Positions 54,150 through 64,000 of a stretch of 64,000 bases of DNA are shown here, piece after piece; position 1 is the first letter of the stretch, and every line of letters starts with the position of its first letter. The translations under genes were made by a program, and so were the position numbers. This DNA is from Candidatus Babeliales bacterium (lineage in GTDB: Bacteria; Babelota; Babeliae; Babelales; JANWKD01). The notes under the pieces are model-generated. The model worked only from the letters and a program-made list of their open reading frames with translations, made no database searches and had not been told where the DNA came from. Location of the stretch: the NCBI GenBank assembly GCA_963722255.1, contig CAVRJO010000001.1, positions 672,001-736,000 of the forward strand, written 5' to 3'.

Positions 54150-55768
54150 ATGAAAAAAATTATCGGCCACATTCTCTCCGGTTCACTCTCTGAAGGATTT
54201 GTAATGCGCATTAATGCCGATGCGCATCTTGAAGATATAAAAACGGGAAAGTTTGTTTCAATTATTGGTAACAACTATGCTTTTTTTTCTTTAGTTACTG
54301 ATATAAGCCTTGCCGTCACTGATCCTGATATCTTGCTTTTTCCTCCTTCAGCACAAGAGCCTTTGCTCACATCATTATTACAAAGCAAAGATATATATGC
54401 CACAGTACAGTTAAAGCCAATGCTTATGGTTAATAATAACAAACAGATTATGCCCGTTAAAACGATTCCTCCCCATTTTTCGCCGGTATATGAAGCAACA
54501 AAAGCCGATGTTTCATTAATTTTTGGCGATGAAGATGATATGAGCAAACGCTATTTCAATATTGGTTCTCCACTTGACATGAAAACGCCGATATGCCTTG
54601 ATCTTGAGCGATTAACTGAACGTAGTAATGGTATTTTTGGTAAAACCGGTACGGGAAAAACTTTTTTAACACGACTTGTTCTTGCCGGACTTATTAAAAA
54701 TAAAAAAGCTGTAACACTTATTTTTGATATGCATAGTGAATATGGCCTGCAAGCGCGAACAGAAAATAAATCAGAATCATTTGTAAAAGGACTTAAGACA
54801 TTGTTTCCTTCATCAGTAGCAATTTTTTCAATTGATCCTGATTCAACACGAAGACGCGGTGGCTAGCCCTGATGTAGAACTTATTCTACCTTATCAGGCA
54901 ATCAATGTTGAAGATATTATGTCATTACAAGATGAACTTAATTTACATTCAACAGCCCTTGAAGCCGCCTATTTGATTGTGCTCGCTATAAACAAGATTG
55001 GCTACAAGTTCTCTTATCGCAAGGCGAACGATTGAAAGATTTTGCACAAGAATTAGGAGCACATCCTGAATCCATTGCCGCACTTTATAGAAAATTAAAA
55101 CGTATTGAACGATTTCCATTTTTTAGACCAATGAATGCACCGGGAGCTTATAAATCAGATTCTGCAATTGATCAGATGATGGAGTATATTGATAAAGGAA
55201 TCAATGTTATTGTTGAATTTGGTAACTATACCTCAACATTTTGTTATCTGTTGATTGCAAATATTATTACACGACGAATTCACGCAGAATATATTGCAAA
55301 AACTGAAAAATTTTTAGGCAGCACAACGCGCTGAAGATGAACCAAAAAAACTAATGATCATGCATTGAAGAAGCACATAAATTTTTAAATCCAGTTCAGC
55401 AGCTCGCCAAACGATTTTTGGTATTATTGCACGCGAAATGAGGAAATATTATGTTTCACTTTTACTCGTTGATCAACGGCCATCTGGCATCGATCAAGAA
55501 ATTCTTTCGCAAATTGGTACCAAAATTGTAGCTCAACTTAATGATGAACAAGATATTCAGGCAGTGCTGACTGGCAGTAATAATGCAAACCATTTACGCA
55601 CTGTCATTGGCTCACTTGATAGCAAAAAACAAGCATTATTGTTTGGGCATGCCATTGACTATGCCTATTGTGATACAAACACGAGAGTATGATGAAGATT
55701 TTTATCGCGCCATGAGCAATAATCTTACCGCAGTTCAAATAGACCAGGTGATCAATGAACTTTTTTAA
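54150..55768 (+). CDS. HerA/DUF87-like ATPase with N-terminal HAS-barrel-like region, several frameshifts
   Basis: GIFGKTGTGKT, IFDMHSEYG, EEAHKFL, AREMRKY, DQRPSGID in successive frames. Confidence 0.85.
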
Positions 55769-55784
55769 AATATAAAATTCATTC

Positions 55785-56978
55785 TTACTCTGAACCTGAA
55801 CTACTTGAGCTATCTTCTTCTTTTTTTAGCAACTCGAAGCATTCAACTAATTGCCTACTATATTTCCCAATCTCCTCCTTTATTACAATACCATGCGGTG
55901 TTTTTTGAAATCTTTTCGATTCTAGGATATTAATACGATCCAAAAGACCTTGTATTCTTTCTAATAAAATCTTTTCCTTATAGCATTCAAAGGATTTAAA
56001 ATAATGCGAAATTGCTTTTAAGCATAAGTCTTCTGATTTTTCAAGCTCAACAACATTCCCTTGTATTTCAGTGTCTTCTTTGTGCACTAAATATTTTTCA
56101 CATTCAGGGAGAGATCTTCTTTTTTCCAATTTTGGTTTAATAATTTTTCCAAAAGTTCTACTTCGGCGAGGTCTCGGCTTTGCCGCTACTTCTTTCTCTT
56201 CAGGTATTTCTTGAATTTCAGAATGCGTAGTTCGAGATGATCTGATTAGTGCATAAGCTTCTCTTGTGAGAGCATAAGCCTTTTTTGCTTCTTCCAACCC
56301 TAATCTATAATTCGGTGAATCATAGATTGCTTCCTGAACCTCTCCAATAAACCGACCTACTTCTTCAGCAAACTTTAAAGACTCTTCATTACTTTTATCA
56401 ATTTTGTGAGCTTCCTCAAAATCATTCTTTGCACTTCTTGCTATACGTAAAATGCGCTTTAATGTTTCTTCATTTTTTTCATTTTTATTATTTTCATAAT
56501 TTTTTTCAGCTTTAATCTTAAGGCTCATTGCTTGTTCAAAATATGCCATTGATCCTCTATCCTGAATTCTTATTCTTAACTCTTCTTTTGTTGCCGGATC
56601 AAGACAATCTCCACTTTGACTTTCATAGGTTGTATAGCTTACATATTTTTCATACAGCATCCTTAAAAGATCAAATTGTATCAATTGATCTTTATAATCA
56701 GAATGGTTTGTTTTAAATTCAAGAGTTAAAAATTGTAAATATTTTTGTGAACGCCTTATTGTTGAAGCTTGCTGTCGAAGTTCCATATTAGTATACGAAA
56801 ATGAAGAAACATTCTTTGAATCTGTGGCTAAATAATATTTTGAACGCTTTTCTTTTTTTTTATTCTTTTTTTGAGTAAATTCTTTTGATTCTTTGTTTTC
56901 ATCGATTTCTTCCATTGCAAAAAATAGACTACTATGCATGCTACAAAAAAGTATCAGAAAAAACATGATGCTATACAT
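55785..56978 (-). CDS. Hypothetical exported helical protein
   Basis: Signal peptide ending FFA-MEE; basic patches KKNKKKEKR and KPRPRRSR. Confidence 0.8.
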   Translation of the reverse strand: MYSIMFFLILFCSMHSSLFFAMEEIDENKESKEFTQKKNKKKEKRSKYYLATDSKNVSSFSYTNMELRQQASTIRRSQKYLQFLTLEFKTNHSDYKDQLIQFDLLRMLYEKYVSYTTYESQSGDCLDPATKEELRIRIQDRGSMAYFEQAMSLKIKAEKNYENNKNEKNEETLKRILRIARSAKNDFEEAHKIDKSNEESLKFAEEVGRFIGEVQEAIYDSPNYRLGLEEAKKAYALTREAYALIRSSRTTHSEIQEIPEEKEVAAKPRPRRSRTFGKIIKPKLEKRRSLPECEKYLVHKEDTEIQGNVVELEKSEDLCLKAISHYFKSFECYKEKILLERIQGLLDRINILESKRFQKTPHGIVIKEEIGKYSRQLVECFELLKKEEDSSSSSGSE

Positions 56979-57152
56979 ATATTCTCCTCAATCTTACAAA
57001 GGACAAACAATAATGTGATAATCGTAGCTATTTTTTTACACAAAACTAAATAGAATACTCATAATGGTATAAAATAATTTGCTATTCTATTGTAAATAAA
57101 AACAAAAAATTTATACTTACTACTAGTTACTTTACATAATACAGGATACACT

Positions 57153-57716
57153 ATGCTTTCTCTATCAAAAAAAATGTTATCAGCTTGTGCGTTATTCGTT
57201 TGTGCAATACTACTTATGCTTTCACAAAACTGTTCTTCTATGGAAATTCTTAAAACCGGCGCGCAACAAATCTTTAACCGTGAAACAGTTAAGATTACCG
57301 GCGCCGGAATTGCTTCCGTTTTGGGATACAATTTAATCACTGCTTTAACTACTAGACACATAATAAAATCCAAAGAATACTCAGAGGATCTTCATTTTAA
57401 TGATAGCACCCTCGATAAGCTCCTATTCGTAAATAACATACTACAAGCACTATCAATCGGGAGCTTCACAGCTTTGGCAGCACGTCTTGGCCCAAAAACA
57501 TGGCCTCAATTGAATCTTTGCCAATTAGCACTACCGTCAGTTGCACTTGGTTTAGGAATTGGCATTACAAGATACTCTGTTAATTATTATAATGAAGAAA
57601 ATGGTCAAGATGATGAGAGTTCTTTTGCCCAGACATTAATCACAGCAAAATCATGCATGAATGCCATCGAAATTGTTTTTCCTCTTTCAATTTTATGTTA
57701 TCGTTATATGCAATAA
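57153..57716 (+). CDS. Exported membrane protein, tandem paralogue 1
   Basis: Signal peptide CSS-MEI; ARLGPKTWPQLN motif; ends LCYRY. Confidence 0.8.
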   Translation: MLSLSKKMLSACALFVCAILLMLSQNCSSMEILKTGAQQIFNRETVKITGAGIASVLGYNLITALTTRHIIKSKEYSEDLHFNDSTLDKLLFVNNILQALSIGSFTALAARLGPKTWPQLNLCQLALPSVALGLGIGITRYSVNYYNEENGQDDESSFAQTLITAKSCMNAIEIVFPLSILCYRYMQ

Positions 57717-57736
57717 TATCAACTATAAGGAACTTT

Positions 57737-58306
57737 ATGAATTCAAAAAAACTATTTACACTCGTTACTCTTTTTACGCTAGTCACCTTTACACACAATA
57801 ATTTTTCAATGAACAGCACATTTTCAGCAGAATCTTGGAAAATAGCCGGGGAACGGCTCATGACACTTGAATCAGCAAAAATCCTCGGTGGAGTTATAAT
57901 AGGAGCGGCGCTCTTTGATTATGCACACAGTCTCTTGTGCTCTAAAATAGCTCCTAAACTTTATAGAATAGAAAAAAATGATACTTTGCAGTCAAAACTT
58001 TCTAAACCATTAACTGAAAATTTTAAACAGAAGCTTCAATCATGCTTAAACCTTGGATATGTTACGCTATTTTTTGGACACATTTTTGCAACTTCTCCGC
58101 TCAATCTTTCAGATCTTAAAAAACCGGCTATGGTACTCGTAGGCGGCATTACCCTTGCATCATTTTTGACGGGAGCTGCAAATTTCGCTGATCCAGCTAG
58201 TGGCCTTGGATTTGAAAATATAGTGAAACAGGCCATAATAACTAAAGAAGCTTGCATGGCAGCAACCATAGCCGTACTTCCCTTTGTCTTCAGTTATTGT
58301 CGCTGA
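57737..58306 (+). CDS. Exported membrane protein, tandem paralogue 2
   Basis: AAGGA RBS; NFS-MNS; AKILGG..I..ALFD.AH.LLCSKIAP; LSDLKKPA. Confidence 0.78.
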   Translation: MNSKKLFTLVTLFTLVTFTHNNFSMNSTFSAESWKIAGERLMTLESAKILGGVIIGAALFDYAHSLLCSKIAPKLYRIEKNDTLQSKLSKPLTENFKQKLQSCLNLGYVTLFFGHIFATSPLNLSDLKKPAMVLVGGITLASFLTGAANFADPASGLGFENIVKQAIITKEACMAATIAVLPFVFSYCR

Positions 58307-58339
58307 TTAAGTTTAAACCAACGAAGGTATGGACATTTT

Positions 58340-58950
58340 ATGCTTACAACAAAAAAATATATATTTCTCTTTATTATGTTCTTGGGAACTACAGCAGTAT
58401 CGCAACCATGTTCTGCAATGGAAACATTAAAATCAGTTGCTTGCGATATGTTTAGTGCGCCGACTGCTAAAATGTTTGGCTCCATGGTTCTAAGCACTGC
58501 ATTATATGAAGTTGCTCATAATCTAACGTGCGCACAAATAAGTCCACACTACTATCACAATTCACAGTTTCTAAGTCCAGTACGTATGCCATTTCATCAC
58601 ACAATGCACTACTCTTGCTTCCTATACTTTCTATCACAGCTGCAGCACGTATTGGCTCATGGCCCAAATTAGAAATTGCAGATTTAGTAAAACCTGCTTT
58701 ATACACTTTTGGGGCTATAACCTTACTATCTTCCTTTGCCGGTATAAGTAGATATAAAAATTATAATTTTGAAAAAGAAAAAAATGAGGCTTGCAATCGT
58801 GATAGACAATTAATGGAATTATGGGGCGAAGCGGTATTTAAAAAATTTGACACTATTATTGATGCAAGAAGAACTGCTCGCGATTTTTATTGGTTAGCCG
58901 GAGTCATTTTGCCCATTTCATGTGCTGTTATGCGTTATAAAAAAAGTTGA
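58340..58950 (+). CDS. Exported membrane protein, tandem paralogue 3 (frameshifted)
   Basis: AKMFGS..L..ALYE.AH.LTCAQISP in one frame, ARIGSWPKLEIADLVKPA in the next. Confidence 0.72.
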
Positions 58951-58987
58951 ATATTATCAAAATAATTAACAATCAAAAGGATTTTTT

Positions 58988-59653
58988 ATGAAAACATTCT
59001 TAGTAAGAACTTTATTTCTTTGCACCGTATTATGCACTGCAGCATCAGATATTTTTTCAATGGAAACAAAACAGCTGCCCCAACCAATAATTGAAGATAC
59101 AAGAAACACCGACAGCAGAGAAAAAGAGAAGGTTGATGATAATGGCCCATTGCCAAAAGAGCTCCACATTACTCCTTCACCATTCTCATTGCTTAACTTT
59201 GCAAAAAAGAATTGGTTACCAATTGTTGGGCTCACAACACTTTCTGCATATTGTGTTTATGACAGGCAAGCATTACCGGAAGTTATTTCATGGAGCAAAA
59301 ATCTTTGGCAAACACTACCCAGGATATTCAAGGGTTTTGTTGGTCTTGGTGTTGCATACAAAACATATAACTACTTCTTCAACAAGCCAGCGCTTTACAA
59401 TAATTCAAACCACAATAAGTGCATTACATGGGAAGTCTTTGAACCATATATGGAAATGTTGGCTAAATCTCTAGAAGTGTATCAACTAAAGAAAAAAGAT
59501 CCCAAAGCTGCTATTGAACTTGCAATTGAACATCAATTGCAACAAGAACAAGAACTCATGAAATACATGCCCGACATTGGATTTGCAGGCCAAGATGGAT
59601 TTGGTTCACCATTTCCTAAATCTACAAATACTCAAACACCAGAAACTGATTAA
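58988..59653 (+). CDS. Hypothetical exported protein
   Basis: Signal peptide IFS-MET; KGFVGLGV module shared with the 59856 C-terminus. Confidence 0.8.
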   Translation: MKTFLVRTLFLCTVLCTAASDIFSMETKQLPQPIIEDTRNTDSREKEKVDDNGPLPKELHITPSPFSLLNFAKKNWLPIVGLTTLSAYCVYDRQALPEVISWSKNLWQTLPRIFKGFVGLGVAYKTYNYFFNKPALYNNSNHNKCITWEVFEPYMEMLAKSLEVYQLKKKDPKAAIELAIEHQLQQEQELMKYMPDIGFAGQDGFGSPFPKSTNTQTPETD

Positions 59654-59855
59654 ATTTGTTTCATATTTTTATAAGAGAATAAAAGATTTTAATGACTTAA
59701 TTTTCTTTTTTCATAAGTCCAAATAGACAAGATATTATTTTTTCAAACTGCCTCAAACAAAACAAATCTGCTTGATATCTTCACTTGTTTTGTTATTATT
59801 AGATTATTAAAAAATAATAAAAACAATTTTTTTCAATTATAAAATACAGGAGCCC

Positions 59856-61808
59856 ATGAAAAAGCGTCTCATACCTTTAGCCATTGTTTTCACTATCTGC
59901 GGTTCATTACCTCTATTTGCAATGGAGCTGAGCGTTCAGAGTCAAAAAGAAAAGATAGAAACATATATGACTGAAGGCGCCAATCTTGATAACTATGATC
60001 ATAATGGCAATACACCTTTGTTCTTTGCAGCTCAACATAATGACATCAACCTTGTTCATAAACTTGTTGCGTCTGGTGCAGGCGTTAACACGCAAGCACT
60101 AAATGGTTCAACGCCTCTTTCGGAAGCAGTTCGTCACCGAAATATTAATATTGTTAGCTTTTTATTAGATCATGGAGCTCAAAGTGGCATCCAAGATGAA
60201 AAAGGTGATACAGCACTCTCGCTTGCGCTTGATAATGGTTTTATCGATATTGCACAGCGCATAGTATCAGGAGAGAATAAGAGCAAGGCTAAAAAAAATA
60301 GGACAGTAAAAAATGAAGCGGAAAAAAATCAAGGTGAAAAAGAACATAAAAAAAGTAAAAAAGAGCAAATTAAGAATGCTACACATTTAGTTGTGTATGA
60401 AATAAAAGCCGGTTTTGATTTTAAACATATACAAGAACATCGCAACGTTAGTGAACATGTGCAGAGAAGAGCATTGGATGTGTTTAAAAAAGAATATCAA
60501 AGCACCATAAATGTAGAAAGAAGAGCTCAGATTGATAATGCATGGCCGCTATTGAAGGCTGCGATGCTTAATAATGATAGTAAGGCAGTAAAATGCTTAG
60601 TAAATGATCCAACTATCGATATTAATATGCAAGATATTTTCAGCTGTACACCTTTAGTCTTAGCTGCAAGCAAAGGTAATTTGAAGATTGTAAAAGCATT
60701 AGTAAATCATAAAAAGATAGTGATTGACGTGCCCAATGTGGTTGGTAGGACTCCATTAATGGAAGCCGTTTTTTATGAGCATTTTGAAGTTGCAAAACTT
60801 CTAATAAAAAAAGGCGCAAATATTAATGCTCATGACGCTTTAGGGTTTACACCTTTAAGAATTGCTATTTCCAAAAAAAATCATGCAATGGTTGATTTAC
60901 TGCTCAGTTTTTATAGCGAACTAGATATTAACATGAAAAGCATAAATGGTTATTCTGCACTCTATCATGCTGCAAGAGATGGTCAGTTTGATTTAGTTGA
61001 GAAGTTGGTGCAGTATGGCGCCATAATTGAAGATGAATCTGAAGAAACAAGCCCTTTGAATTGTATAGAAATATCTCAAAAAATAGAAAAATATTTACGG
61101 AAAGTTGTTAGAAAAAGAGCACATGAAATAGCGGGAGAGCACTATGAGCAAATTCAGGAAAAAAACCAAAGCATGGAAACTCATCTTGTTATTGATAGGA
61201 TAACAAATGATCGTTATGACATTCAAAATATAACTGCAAAAGACATATCAAAAATAATCGAAGGTTTTTTTGGCCTTGGTATTGTTGCATGCAAAATATT
61301 ATCTAATGAAGCATCTAAACATAATAATTCAGAAAACAGTTTCGCTTTACAAATGCAACAAATAATGGAAAAAAATCCAAAAGCTTATGCATTTTTCATG
61401 GAAAATCCAAATGGTGCAGCGTGTTTTGTACAGTGGATGTACTATCAAACGATATTAGACCTAATACGTAATAAAAACAACAAAAAAGAAGGTGCCAAAG
61501 GCTTTGTTGACCGTTGTATTGTTGCATGTAAAACATCATTTAACGCACCATTTCAACGTAGTAATTCAGAAAACAATTCCGCTTTACAAATGAAACAAAT
61601 GATGGAAAAACATCCCGTAGCTACTGCATTATACATGAAGCCGATATACCATAAAATGATATTAGATCTAATACGTAATATGAATGACAAAAAAGAAGAA
61701 ATGTCAAAGATAATCAAAGGCTTTGTTGGCCTTGGTATTGTTGCATGTAAAGTATCATTTAATGAAGCATCTCAACGTAATAATTCAGAAAACAATTTCG
61801 CTTTATAA
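59856..61808 (+). CDS. Exported ankyrin-repeat protein; N-terminus paralogous to 44885; C-terminal repeated module
   Basis: IETYMTEGANLD, VNTQALNGSTPLSEAV, QDEKGDTALSLAL shared with 44885; three GF.G..IVACK modules. Confidence 0.9.
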   Translation: MKKRLIPLAIVFTICGSLPLFAMELSVQSQKEKIETYMTEGANLDNYDHNGNTPLFFAAQHNDINLVHKLVASGAGVNTQALNGSTPLSEAVRHRNINIVSFLLDHGAQSGIQDEKGDTALSLALDNGFIDIAQRIVSGENKSKAKKNRTVKNEAEKNQGEKEHKKSKKEQIKNATHLVVYEIKAGFDFKHIQEHRNVSEHVQRRALDVFKKEYQSTINVERRAQIDNAWPLLKAAMLNNDSKAVKCLVNDPTIDINMQDIFSCTPLVLAASKGNLKIVKALVNHKKIVIDVPNVVGRTPLMEAVFYEHFEVAKLLIKKGANINAHDALGFTPLRIAISKKNHAMVDLLLSFYSELDINMKSINGYSALYHAARDGQFDLVEKLVQYGAIIEDESEETSPLNCIEISQKIEKYLRKVVRKRAHEIAGEHYEQIQEKNQSMETHLVIDRITNDRYDIQNITAKDISKIIEGFFGLGIVACKILSNEASKHNNSENSFALQMQQIMEKNPKAYAFFMENPNGAACFVQWMYYQTILDLIRNKNNKKEGAKGFVDRCIVACKTSFNAPFQRSNSENNSALQMKQMMEKHPVATALYMKPIYHKMILDLIRNMNDKKEEMSKIIKGFVGLGIVACKVSFNEASQRNNSENNFAL

Positions 61809-61844
61809 ATTCGACAAATGATTGAAAAAAATCCAGAAGCGGCT

Positions 61845-62290
61845 CAGGGCAACCGCACTATAAAGATTGAATTAATAAGAGAAAAATACGTTTGGAACGG
61901 CAGTTAAATTCACTCGTCTCATTGCGAGCAAATGCGCGGCAACCCAGTTATAAAAATAAAAAATTCATTAATAAAATGACCTATTTATCCACTGGGTTGC
62001 TTCGCAAGCTCGCAATGACAACCTTGCGATTAATAATCGTTTTTTTTGTTGCAAGAAAACATGTCTTAATGAAAAAAATAGCTTATAAAATATTTCCGAT
62101 AGCACGTCGTGCACCCGAAATCATGAGGCTTAAAGCCTCAATGATGTGTGGTGCATATACGCACGGAAAAGGGACAAAAGGAACTGTTTGTGCCCTTTTG
62201 TCTGCAGTATTTTGGGCACGCAAAATACTGCTAATAGGAAAAATGCCCTTTGGTATTAAAGGTATTCGGCATGCAATATCTTTATAACTA
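61845..62290 (+). repeat. MITE left end + CGTC-REP doublet + structured repeat copy E + AGGTATT hairpin
   Basis: CAGGGCAACCGCACTATAAAG; CATTGCGAGC...CTCGCAATGAC; TGCACC/GGTGCA and GAGGCT/AGCCTC stems. Confidence 0.88.
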
Positions 62291-62343
62291 CAAATAAAAC
62301 ATCACTTTGAATTAAGATCTTTTGAACATACAAAAGACCTTAA

Positions 62344-63762
62344 TTATAAACTTTGTATAATCTCTAATTCATTAAAATAGAATTTAGTATCACCAATCTG
62401 CTGATAATGATCAGGTCCTTTACCAAGCAACGCAATAATAGTTCCGGATTTTGAACGTGCATAGGCCTTTTTTATTGCCTCTTCACGATCAAGCACAATT
62501 TCATAGCTATCAATATCATCTGATGCTACACCACAAAGCATATCAGCAATAATTGATCTTGGATCTTCTGAGCGAGGATTATCAGAAGTAAAAAAAACAA
62601 AATCAGCTTTATTTGTTGCCAAAGCAGCCATTAAAGGCCGTTTTGTTTTATCACGGTCTCCACCTGCGCCACACACAACAATAAGATGATTCGTTAGATT
62701 CCGCAACGTTGACAATACCGATTGAAATGAAGAAGGGTTGTGCGCGTAATCAATATAACATACCGCTCCATTGGGTAAGCAATAACGCTCTAAGCGCCCG
62801 GGCACTCGTTCAAAGGTTGCAATACCTTCACAAATTGTTGTTGCAGAAATACCAAGTTTATGCGCTAAAGCAAAAACACCGACCGCATTATAACAATTAA
62901 ATTCTCCAACAAGCCTCATTGAAAGAGTAGTGCTTAAACCATCATATTCAAGCATACATGAAGTTCCATGAGATGAACTGCTTAAAGGAATAAAAGCATA
63001 ATCAGCTTCTACGACTTTTCCAAATGAACAATGGTTTGATTGCCCATGCAATAATCCTATACACCACTCATTATCACTATTAATAATTACCGGCGCATCT
63101 TTTTTGGTTTGTGCTACAAGAGATGCTTTTGCCTGAAAATAGTCATTAAGATTTGCATAAAATTCAGCATGCTCTTGATCAAAATTAGTGATTATAAAGC
63201 CGTCAAATTCAATACCATGTAAACGATAAAGGGTATGGGCCTGTGCTGCAGCTTCCAAAATAACATACTCAACACCAACTTGCACACATTCACGCAAAAA
63301 AACATGAATATAATCAGGATGCTGCGTTGTTAAAGTAGTTGAAAATTGTTGTCCCAAAATTTTATTATACACCGTACTGAGGAGAGCTGTTTTATAACCG
63401 GCATGTGCTAAAATATGTTCAAGTAAAAAAGCGGAACTTGTTTTGCCTTTTGTGCCTGTTATACCCAAAATTTTAAGCTTACGTGCCGGATATCCACACA
63501 CTTGCGCGCTTAAAAGGGCCAAAGCCTTACGTGCATTATCAACACGCACAAGATCTATATTTTTTTCTTGCAAACTCTGCTCTAAAGTTGGATCCAATAG
63601 TACCTGATTTTCAACTACAATAGTTGTTGCGCCTCGCTCAAGCGCTAAGGGAATATAGGAAATTCCATCAAGCTTCATACCACGAACTGCAACAAATGTT
63701 GACCCTTGACCAACAAAATCGGTATGGCTTGTAACAGGGAAAATTTTTGGTAATTGTATCAT
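62344..63762 (-). CDS. murE: UDP-MurNAc-tripeptide ligase MurE
   Basis: GITGTKGKTS, VPGRLE, IDYAHNP, GAGGDRDKTKRP, TSDNPRSEDP, LLGKG. Confidence 0.95.
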   Translation of the reverse strand: MIQLPKIFPVTSHTDFVGQGSTFVAVRGMKLDGISYIPLALERGATTIVVENQVLLDPTLEQSLQEKNIDLVRVDNARKALALLSAQVCGYPARKLKILGITGTKGKTSSAFLLEHILAHAGYKTALLSTVYNKILGQQFSTTLTTQHPDYIHVFLRECVQVGVEYVILEAAAQAHTLYRLHGIEFDGFIITNFDQEHAEFYANLNDYFQAKASLVAQTKKDAPVIINSDNEWCIGLLHGQSNHCSFGKVVEADYAFIPLSSSSHGTSCMLEYDGLSTTLSMRLVGEFNCYNAVGVFALAHKLGISATTICEGIATFERVPGRLERYCLPNGAVCYIDYAHNPSSFQSVLSTLRNLTNHLIVVCGAGGDRDKTKRPLMAALATNKADFVFFTSDNPRSEDPRSIIADMLCGVASDDIDSYEIVLDREEAIKKAYARSKSGTIIALLGKGPDHYQQIGDTKFYFNELEIIQSL

Positions 63763-63779
63763 AATGAAAAAATCTTTAT

Positions 63780-63885
63780 AACTGGATTGTACAGTCTTCG
63801 CTTATCCACGCCTTCCGGCTTGGCAAGCTTCGACGCACAGGCCACGACCATGCTTCGCTTTGCAAAGCAAGCTCGCAATGACAAT
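63780..63885. repeat. CGTC-type REP with nested unit
   Basis: CTGGATTG...GCTCGCAATGAC; CGCTTATCCA.GCCTTCC and CTTGGCAAGCTT shared with 25441-25540. Confidence 0.75.
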
Positions 63886-64000
63886 TTATTTTGTATGCTT
63901 TTCATATTCACGCAAACCAATTTTAATGAATGGTAGCAACATTAAAATTCCAAACAAATTTACCACCAGCAAGACAGCATTAATCAAATCGGTCATATTC
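63886..64000 (-). CDS. C-terminus of a membrane transporter, possibly alanine/glycine:cation symporter (runs off window)
   Basis: NMTDLINAVLLVVNLFGILMLLPFIKIGLREYEKHTK* resembles the D..N.LM..NL last helix of AGCS transporters. Confidence 0.5.
   Translation of the reverse strand, partial: NMTDLINAVLLVVNLFGILMLLPFIKIGLREYEKHTK

Noticed and set aside
54150..55768. HerA-based antiphage system (for example Sir2-HerA)
   Set aside because: No Sir2, nuclease or NurA partner is recognisable in an operon with it; the neighbours are signal-peptide ORFans.

Overview
An AT-rich bacterial chromosome window. Its gene content (many signal-peptide ORFans, ankyrin proteins, a giant beta-helix/WD40 protein, a type II secretion operon) fits a protist-infecting intracellular bacterium such as Ca. 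Dependentiae/Babelota (TM6); that taxonomic call is inference. Housekeeping genes: groEL 3' end, glnA, ybeY, msrAB, a T2SS gspF-G-H-I-J-K block followed by an MlaD/MCE gene, alaS, a HerA-like ATPase, murE. Mobile DNA: two IS5-family elements with intact ends plus one degenerate copy, one IS1202-group element with a 17-bp target duplication, two IS200 elements, and an ISAs1-like MITE. The most notable observations are five. (1) A tandem array of unrelated secreted ORFans downstream of groEL, most preceded by a copy of the groEL 3'-UTR module, which combines terminator, sigma70-like promoter and RBS. (2) A dispersed ~135-165-bp multi-hairpin repeat whose stems show compensatory changes. (3) A GIY-YIG nuclease gene bracketed by perfect inverted CGTC-type REP arms. 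(4) About 17 exported proteins whose signal peptide is followed by Met-[Glu/Asp/Gln/Asn]. (5) Candidate eukaryote-targeting effectors: a CaaX-tailed ankyrin protein, F-box-like motifs, a Vps62-like protein and a glutamine synthetase with a signal peptide. Many single-base frameshifts, including in essential alaS, are probably sequencing or assembly indels.
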